A stretch of DNA of 64,000 bases from assembly GCA_003290465.1 (NCBI GenBank), contig CP030759.1:224672-288671 (forward strand), in the 5' to 3' direction. Shown here in pieces: positions 57,954-64,000 of the stretch. A model generated the notes under the pieces. It was not told the origin of the DNA, made no database searches, and saw nothing but the letters and a program-made list of their open reading frames with translations. Numbering within the stretch: the first letter of the stretch is position 1; each line of letters opens with the position of its first letter. This stretch comes from Candidatus Sumerlaea chitinivorans. Lineage in GTDB: Bacteria; Sumerlaeota; Sumerlaeia; Sumerlaeales; Sumerlaeaceae. The translations under genes and the position numbers were made by a program.

Positions 57954-59305
57954 AGTTGTCCCACGCCCGGCTGCTTGTCACCCGTTGCCTTTCTCACCCC
58001 CTCAGTCTTGTCGTAGTGTTGATCATTTATGTGGTCCGGCAAGTGGCGATCCCGCTCATTCATTTGCATTCCAATGACTTCAAGCATCTCTATGCGGGAA
58101 TACATGCCATCTGGCGGGGCGAGGATCCTTATACTGCTCCTTCGCTTTTGCGCGTCGCTGCTGAATGTGGCTTGGGTGATGCAGCTTTGAACCCGTATGT
58201 ATATTTGCCGTTCACGGGGCTGGTGCTTGGTTTTCTTAAGTTTTTCTCATTCCACACGGCGGCACACATTTGGTTCTTTGCGAATCATGCGATGATATTC
58301 ATTAGCGGCTACCTGTTCGCGCGCAGCCTTGTTGAAACATTTCCAGAGTTGCGCAAGCCCGAGAGTCTACGCGCGATTGTGTGCATGTATTTACTTACTA
58401 TGGCATTTAGCCATCCTCTGACCCGCAACTTGACGGCTGGCCAGCTTAACTGCGTGCTCCTGCTTGTTTATTTGTTAGCATTTCAAGCGCTACAGGCGAG
58501 GCGAGAAAATCTGGGCGGGGCCCTGCTTGGCTTTGGCGCAATGTTCAAGCTAAGCCCTGCCGTATTTGTGCTTTTTTTCGGGCTCACGCGCCGACGAAAA
58601 GCGCTCATCGCCATGGTGCTCAGCATGGTCCTGCTTAGCCTGCTTTCGATTGCTACAGCTGGAATTCGCGTGCATCTCGATTTCTTCCCTGTGTTGCGCC
58701 AAATGGGTTATGGCCGCTCCACATGGCAGGAATACGGGGCCACGTTCTGGAAAGACCCTTGGAACCAAAGTCTAAACTCGCTGTGGACTCATCTTGTGGT
58801 AGCTGGCAATGGAGTGACGGTCGCGTGGTGGGGTGGAACACAGAGTGTCGCAAACCTCCTGACGTGGTGTTCCTCAGCACTGCTTCTTGCTCTCTATGTG
58901 TGGGGCGGCCTTCGGATGGCGAGGACCGAGCAGCTTTTTCGCTCGCAAGGGAGCGAAACCGCCGGTGGCCTGAGCGCTCGCGAGGCGAGCTTTTATCAAG
59001 CAACAGTACTTCTTTCGCTTCTCTTGCCCTCGCTCATGTGGGACCATTACCTCGTCCAGACCATCTTCCCGTTTGGGTGGCTCTTAGCGCATGCGTGGGT
59101 CCATCGCCGGTACGCGCAGTTGTTGATTCTTGTCGTTGCGCTTGTCGGCACGCTGGTGCCATGGGCCTACGATGCAGAGCGATTCCGAACGGGGTGGGGT
59201 GTCCTCTTGATGAGCGTAATGCTGTATCCTGTCCTTCTCGCCTACGTAATCGCCGTAGGCGAAGCCGCCTCCGCTGCAAAAACGTTGCAACCTCGTCCTT
59301 CGTGA
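57950..59305 (+). CDS. GT87/DUF2029-family polytopic membrane glycosyltransferase (PimE/mannosyltransferase-like)
   Basis: NDFKHLYAGIHAIWRGEDPY...NPYVYLPF matches the DUF2029 first-loop signature DF..Y.AG....G.DPY....Y.YPP. About 450 aa, multi-TM. Confidence 0.6.
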   Translation: MKLSHARLLVTRCLSHPLSLVVVLIIYVVRQVAIPLIHLHSNDFKHLYAGIHAIWRGEDPYTAPSLLRVAAECGLGDAALNPYVYLPFTGLVLGFLKFFSFHTAAHIWFFANHAMIFISGYLFARSLVETFPELRKPESLRAIVCMYLLTMAFSHPLTRNLTAGQLNCVLLLVYLLAFQALQARRENLGGALLGFGAMFKLSPAVFVLFFGLTRRRKALIAMVLSMVLLSLLSIATAGIRVHLDFFPVLRQMGYGRSTWQEYGATFWKDPWNQSLNSLWTHLVVAGNGVTVAWWGGTQSVANLLTWCSSALLLALYVWGGLRMARTEQLFRSQGSETAGGLSAREASFYQATVLLSLLLPSLMWDHYLVQTIFPFGWLLAHAWVHRRYAQLLILVVALVGTLVPWAYDAERFRTGWGVLLMSVMLYPVLLAYVIAVGEAASAAKTLQPRPS

Positions 59306-59381
59306 GCGGAAATGTGGCAGGAATTTGGGTTGAGGTGCATTACGCAGACGAGAATCGTTGGGTGGGCCAAGGGAACGTGTT

Positions 59382-60599
59382 ATGACTCGAAAGACCATTG
59401 CTCTTGTATTGGCTGGCGGCAAGACAGGTCAGTACGGTGTGCTGACCAGAAATCGAGCGAAAGGCGCGCTCACTTTTGCCGGCCATTATCGCATCATTGA
59501 TTTTACGCTTTCGAATCTGAAGCACTCGCGGATCGAGAACATCGGCCTTGTGATCCAATACCTACCAGCGTCGCTCATCGAGCATGTGGGGGTGGGGCAG
59601 CACTGGGATCTCAACGGCTATGGGCGATGCCTAAAAATTATGCCGCCGTTCGTCGGTGTCGAGAAGACAGAATGGTACAAAGGCACCGCCGATGCACTTT
59701 ATCAGAACTGGAATTTTGTTCAAGATTTGGATCCCGAACTCATCGTCGTGGCGAGCGGCGAGCACGTGTATCATCTCAATTTCTGCGAGGCGATCGCATT
59801 CCATCGCGACAATAACGCCGATGTAACGATGATCACCTGTGAACTTCGCCCTGAGCAGTGTCGCACGCGTTTTGGATACGTGCTCGTTGGCGACAACATG
59901 CGTGTGGAACGTTTCTGCGAAAAGCCAGCGGTCCCGCCATGTACCACCGCTTCCACGGGGATGTATGTTTTCCGGCGCGAGGTTTTGGAAGAGCTACTTG
60001 CGAAAAATGCCCAAGAGGATAAGCACAATCTTGCAAAGGATGTTCTCGAGCCCATCGTGCACGAACTGAACTCCTTTGCTTATCCTATGCAGGGGCCATG
60101 GGAATACATGGAGAACGTCGCGGATTACTTCGATACGCACATGCGCTTTTTGCGCCAAGACGGCTTTGAAATGTTGCGGCAATGGGGGATTATCACAAAT
60201 CTGGAATTTCGCGATGTAGGGGTTGCGCCCGCTGCACGTATTGGCACGCACGCCAACGTGTCAGAAAGCCTCGTATGTTCAAAATGCTTCATTGAAGGGA
60301 CCGTGGAGAATTCGATCCTTTCGCCGGGCGTTCAGGTGCAAAGAGGCGCAGTGGTGAGAAATTCTATCCTCATGCACGATTGTGTGGTTGAGGAAGGCGC
60401 CGTGCTCGAGCACGTGATCTCTGACCGCGATGCGGTATTTGGCGAACAGTGTCGAGTCGGAAGTGCGGAAGCGCCCGCTTACCCAGATCCTGCAATGGGG
60501 CGATTGACCCTTGTCGGCAAAGCGGCTCGCATTGAAGCAGGGGCAATCGTTCAGCAAGGAAAAGAAGTGCCCCACCGCGGGGTTGTCCCGGCGCGATGA
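59382..60599 (+). CDS. Glucose-1-phosphate adenylyltransferase-family (GlgC/GlgD-like) nucleotidyltransferase with a C-terminal left-handed beta-helix
   Basis: ALVLAGGKTGQYGVLTRNRAKGALTFAGHYRIIDFTLSNLKHSRI..IGLVIQY follows the GlgC N-terminal pattern AGG...L...RAKPAV.FGG.YRIIDF.LSN..NS. It has substitutions in the G-rich loop (GGKTGQYG instead of GGxGxRL), so it may be a GlgD-like non-canonical subunit. Confidence 0.65.
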   Translation: MTRKTIALVLAGGKTGQYGVLTRNRAKGALTFAGHYRIIDFTLSNLKHSRIENIGLVIQYLPASLIEHVGVGQHWDLNGYGRCLKIMPPFVGVEKTEWYKGTADALYQNWNFVQDLDPELIVVASGEHVYHLNFCEAIAFHRDNNADVTMITCELRPEQCRTRFGYVLVGDNMRVERFCEKPAVPPCTTASTGMYVFRREVLEELLAKNAQEDKHNLAKDVLEPIVHELNSFAYPMQGPWEYMENVADYFDTHMRFLRQDGFEMLRQWGIITNLEFRDVGVAPAARIGTHANVSESLVCSKCFIEGTVENSILSPGVQVQRGAVVRNSILMHDCVVEEGAVLEHVISDRDAVFGEQCRVGSAEAPAYPDPAMGRLTLVGKAARIEAGAIVQQGKEVPHRGVVPAR

Positions 60600-60635
60600 G
60601 GCACGAACGTGAATCGTTGAAGCTACTCTCTGGAC

Positions 60636-62219
60636 CTAAATCTTCGGCCCGCCCTGTCGAATCGAGGCGGGGATGTTGGTGAAGCGCTCAAAGTTCTTTG
60701 CGAACCTTGCAGCCAACGCAGCTGCTGCTTTGTCGTAGTCGGCTGGATTGGGCCAGCTATTCTTCGGCCACAGGATTTCGTCCGGCACGCCGTCAACGTG
60801 CTTAGGAACCAGGAACCCAAAGATGGGATCGGGTTGAACCTCCGCGTTCTCTAACTTGCCAGCCAGCACAGCGTGAATGATGGCGCGGGTGTACGGCAGG
60901 TCAATTCGATGTCCTACGCCATAGGGACCAGCGATCCATCCTGTGTTAATAAGATAACATGATGCCTTGTGCTTGCGGAGTCTCTCACCAAGCATCTCTG
61001 CGTACGTGCTTGGTGGTAGCGGAAGAAATGGAGCTCCAAAACAGCTCGAGAACACGGACTGTGGCTCTTTTACGCCTGTTTCTGTTCCAGCAAGTTTCGA
61101 GGTGTATCCACTCAAGAAATGGTACATCGCCTGTTCTTCCGTCAGCTTCGCAACGGGCGGTAACACCCCCGTGGCGTCCGCTGTAAGAAAGATCACATTG
61201 TGTGGATGGCCCCCGATGCCCGGAATCACTGCATTCGGGATGAAGTCAATCGGGTATGCGCAACGGGTATTCTCTGTAATGAAGTTGTCGTTATAGTCTG
61301 GGTTCCGATCGTCGTCCAGAACGACGTTTTCAAGGACTGAGCCGAAGCGAATGGCGTCGTAGATTTGCGGCTCTTTTTCGCGGGTCAGCCCGATGCATTT
61401 GGCATAGCAACCTCCTTCGAAGTTGAACACGCCATCATCACTCCACCCATGTTCATCGTCGCCGATGAGACGCCGCTCTGGGTCGGCGCTCAGCGTCGTT
61501 TTGCCTGTTCCACTCAAACCAAAGAACAGCGCAACATCCCCGTTTGCGCCCATGTTTGCCGAGCAGTGCATTGGAAGCACGCCTTGGCGGGGCAAGAGGT
61601 AGTTCATCACCGTGAAAATGCTTTTCTTCATCTCGCCTGCGTATCGTGTCCCGCCAATGATTACGATTCGCCGCTCATAGTTGATGATGATAAAGGCGTC
61701 GGAATTCGTGTGGTCCCGCTCCGGGCGGGAACGGAAACCTGGAACGCAAATGAGCGTGAAAGCGGGGCGGTGGGTTTTCAGTTCTTCTTTTGTGGGACGA
61801 ATGAAAAGTTGATGAACAAAGAGGTTGTGCCATGCCAGCTCCGTCTTGATTCGGATAGGAAGACGATACTTTGGATCTGCTCCACAATAGCCATCAAAGA
61901 CGTACATCGTGTGTTGACGGACGTACTCCGCCACGCGACCAAAGAGGGAATCAAAGTGCTCTGGTTCCATCGGGGCGTTTGTTTCCCAATGCACAAGCTT
62001 TGCAGCTTCCCCAGAACGCACAATGAATTTATCCTTTGGGGAACGACCCGTGCGTGGGGCTGTGATCGCGTTGAACGCCCCGTTGGTTGCAAGCTGTCCT
62101 TCCTTGTGAGCAATCGCAAATTCTATGAGTTGAGGGACACTGCAGTTACGAATTGCATGACCGGGAACGGCAACACGGAATTCTTGCAACGCCTCGTCGT
62201 GGGTTAGGTCCGGTTGCAT
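60636..62219 (-). CDS. pckA: Phosphoenolpyruvate carboxykinase (ATP)
   Basis: [16 protein letters not shown]...LIGDDEHGW kinase-1a/P-loop region and 527-aa length; canonical PckA. Confidence 0.93.
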   Translation of the reverse strand: MQPDLTHDEALQEFRVAVPGHAIRNCSVPQLIEFAIAHKEGQLATNGAFNAITAPRTGRSPKDKFIVRSGEAAKLVHWETNAPMEPEHFDSLFGRVAEYVRQHTMYVFDGYCGADPKYRLPIRIKTELAWHNLFVHQLFIRPTKEELKTHRPAFTLICVPGFRSRPERDHTNSDAFIIINYERRIVIIGGTRYAGEMKKSIFTVMNYLLPRQGVLPMHCSANMGANGDVALFFGLSGTGKTTLSADPERRLIGDDEHGWSDDGVFNFEGGCYAKCIGLTREKEPQIYDAIRFGSVLENVVLDDDRNPDYNDNFITENTRCAYPIDFIPNAVIPGIGGHPHNVIFLTADATGVLPPVAKLTEEQAMYHFLSGYTSKLAGTETGVKEPQSVFSSCFGAPFLPLPPSTYAEMLGERLRKHKASCYLINTGWIAGPYGVGHRIDLPYTRAIIHAVLAGKLENAEVQPDPIFGFLVPKHVDGVPDEILWPKNSWPNPADYDKAAAALAARFAKNFERFTNIPASIRQGGPKI

Positions 62220-62282
62220 GAGGCATCTCTCCTTTTGGGGATTATCATAACGTCATTTGAGGGCGATCTTTTGGCCACTGAT

Positions 62283-62300
62283 TCACGTGTGCACACGCGA
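62283..62300. promoter_or_regulatory. Near-perfect palindrome ACGTGTGCACACGC between clpX and pckA. The core CGTGTGCACACG is a perfect 12-mer.
   Basis: Read directly. Candidate operator or short stem structure. Confidence 0.3.
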
Positions 62301-62303
62301 CGC

Positions 62304-63563
62304 TTAGGCGCTTTCCTTCTTCTCTCGCTCGATATAGCGCGGAGCCGCTTTCCCCTCGATCACGTCGCTATCAATCTCCACCGCTGCAATCTCTGCGCTC
62401 TTTGAAGGTAGGTCGAACATGATGTCGAGCATGACGTTTTCAAGGATTGCCCGCAGCCCCCGTGCACCCGTCTCCATCTTAAGAGCCATTTGAGCGATAG
62501 TGCGGAGTGCTGCTGGTGTGAAGGTCAGTTCCACGCCCTCCAACTCGAAAAACTTCTTGTACTGTTTAATGATCGCGTTGCGCGGCTCAGTCAGGATTTG
62601 GATGAGCTCTTTTTCACCCAGCTTGTCGAGGGTTGCGACCACCGGAAGGCGCCCAATGAATTCAGGAATAAAGCCGAACTTCAGCAGGTCGTGCGGAGTG
62701 ACCTGTGCAAGCAGCTTTCCGATGTTTTGGTTGCGCCGGGAGACAATCTCTGCGCCAAACCCCATGCTCTTGGCAGAAACGCGGTGCTCGATGATTTTCT
62801 CGAGACCTGTGAACGCGCCGCCGCAAATGAACAGAATGTTGGTCGTGTCGATCGTAATGTATTCTTGATGGGGATGTTTGCGTCCGCCCCCCGGTGGGAC
62901 GTTGGCCACTGTGCCCTCGAGGATCTTGAGCAAGGCTTGCTGCACGCCCTCGCCGCTGACGTCGCGGGTGATTGAGACGTTTTGAGTGGTGCGCGCAATC
63001 TTGTCGATCTCATCGATGTACACGATGCCGCGTTCCGCGCGCTCCTTATCCTGCCCTGCGTTTTGCCAGAGTTTGAGCAGAATGTTTTCCACGTCCTCGC
63101 CGACATAGCCGGCCTGCGTGAGCGTGGTGGCGTCAGCGATCGCAAACGGTACGTCGAGGATTTTTGCAAGAGTTTGCGCCAGTAGCGTTTTACCACTGCC
63201 CGTTGGACCGATTAGTAGAATGTTAGATTTCTCCAGCTCGACGTCCTCATTGCAGTAATTGAACATGATGCGCTTGTAGTGGTTGTGGACAGCGACGCTG
63301 AGGATCTTCTTGGTCCGCTCTTGGGAAATGACGTACTGGTCAAGGATTTCCTTAATTTCGCGTGGCGACGGAAGGCGCTTCACCCCTTGGAGCGCGGCTT
63401 CCTCGGCGCGGAGCATCTCCTCTTGGCGCAGGCGCTCGCTGCACTGCATGATGCAGTCGTCGCAAATATACACGCTCGTGGCGCTATCTTTGCTTGGTAG
63501 TCCTCGAAATAGCGTCCGCACCGCGTGTTGATCTTTACCGCAAAACGAGCACCTAAGCCTCAT
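62304..63563 (-). CDS. clpX: ATP-dependent Clp protease ATP-binding subunit ClpX
   Basis: N-terminal zinc-binding domain (CSFCGK...CDDC), Walker [15 protein letters not shown], Walker [11 protein letters not shown], and the GYVG pore loop. Confidence 0.95.
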   Translation of the reverse strand: MRLRCSFCGKDQHAVRTLFRGLPSKDSATSVYICDDCIMQCSERLRQEEMLRAEEAALQGVKRLPSPREIKEILDQYVISQERTKKILSVAVHNHYKRIMFNYCNEDVELEKSNILLIGPTGSGKTLLAQTLAKILDVPFAIADATTLTQAGYVGEDVENILLKLWQNAGQDKERAERGIVYIDEIDKIARTTQNVSITRDVSGEGVQQALLKILEGTVANVPPGGGRKHPHQEYITIDTTNILFICGGAFTGLEKIIEHRVSAKSMGFGAEIVSRRNQNIGKLLAQVTPHDLLKFGFIPEFIGRLPVVATLDKLGEKELIQILTEPRNAIIKQYKKFFELEGVELTFTPAALRTIAQMALKMETGARGLRAILENVMLDIMFDLPSKSAEIAAVEIDSDVIEGKAAPRYIEREKKESA

Positions 63564-64000
63564 TCGTCTGTGTCTAATCCTATGCCTAAAATTGCTGAAA
63601 GGTCTTTACCGCTTTCAGGGCGTAGCTTAGAGCAATAAAATGTTTCGGCAAGTTTTATTTGGCGGCCCCCATGGTTCCCCTGTGGGGTATGCGCAAAATA
63701 CTTCTCGCGAACAAAGAAATGCGCGGGGCCCACACTGGCCATTTACGGCTTTCGCCAGCCCTCGGAGAACTTCCCACTGGCTTTTTTGCATCTGATCGGC
63801 ACCTCGTGTTCCCTTTCACGCTCCCAAAGTCACGATTTTGCAATCGCTTAGAGCTCAAAGTCCCGTGGGACGTATGCTGAGAATGAAGTTTTGGATCGCA
63901 AGAATGTTTTCCTGTCCGACAGACGCTCCAATTGTGCTTGATTCGCTCGGCACAGTTGGGTTTTGTAGCAACGCACCCTCACGTGCACAAATGTTTTGAG

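Noticed and set aside
61365-62207. 280-aa plus-strand ORF
   Set aside because: Antisense to pckA.
1-64000. Search for tRNA, rRNA, CRISPR repeats and IS/transposase/integrase signatures
   Set aside because: I found no T-loop GGTTCGAATCC-like elements outside coding regions, no periodic direct repeats, and no transposase- or integrase-like ORFs. None called.

Overview
This is a 64-kb, gene-dense (about 88% coding) window of high-GC (about 58-60%) chromosomal DNA from a diderm bacterium. LptB, KpsF and a TamB/AsmA-like giant protein point to an outer membrane, and an archaeal/eukaryote-type ProRS and three short pseudopilin-like proteins with the prepilin AFTL(I/V)E N-terminal motif suggest PVC-superphylum, Armatimonadota or Chloroflexi-like ancestry. 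I recognise no rRNA, tRNA, CRISPR array, transposase or integrase. Housekeeping genes (proS, ilvB, argG, recX, pckA, clpX, malQ, dus, lepB, lptB, kdsD/kpsF) are interleaved with an unusually rich set of envelope and glycosylation genes. There are at least six predicted GT-C-fold membrane glycosyltransferases: two tandem TMTC/PMT-like TPR proteins, YfhO, an ArnT/PMT-like protein, a GT87/DUF2029-like protein and a large partner membrane protein. Alongside these sit a Dpm1/GtrB-like GT2 polyprenyl-phosphate sugar synthase, a GT4, a WecG/TagA GT26, and tandem pilin-like genes directly downstream of the TMTC pair. The most interesting candidates are: (i) a possible protein O-glycosylation module (Dpm1-like GT2, tandem TMTC-like GT-C/TPR genes, pilin-like substrates); (ii) a shared TGTGAAC/GTTCACA palindromic motif upstream of two separate pilin-like loci, including a 29-bp perfect palindrome; (iii) a LysR-controlled divergent operon encoding a 646-aa protein with an HprK/PEPCK-like P-loop plus an OFA-type MFS transporter; (iv) an ExeA-like AAA ATPase paired with a MerR-HTH::FlhG/MinD fusion ATPase. 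Caveat: ORF and start calls are by eye, and most family names are motif-level calls from memory without database searches.
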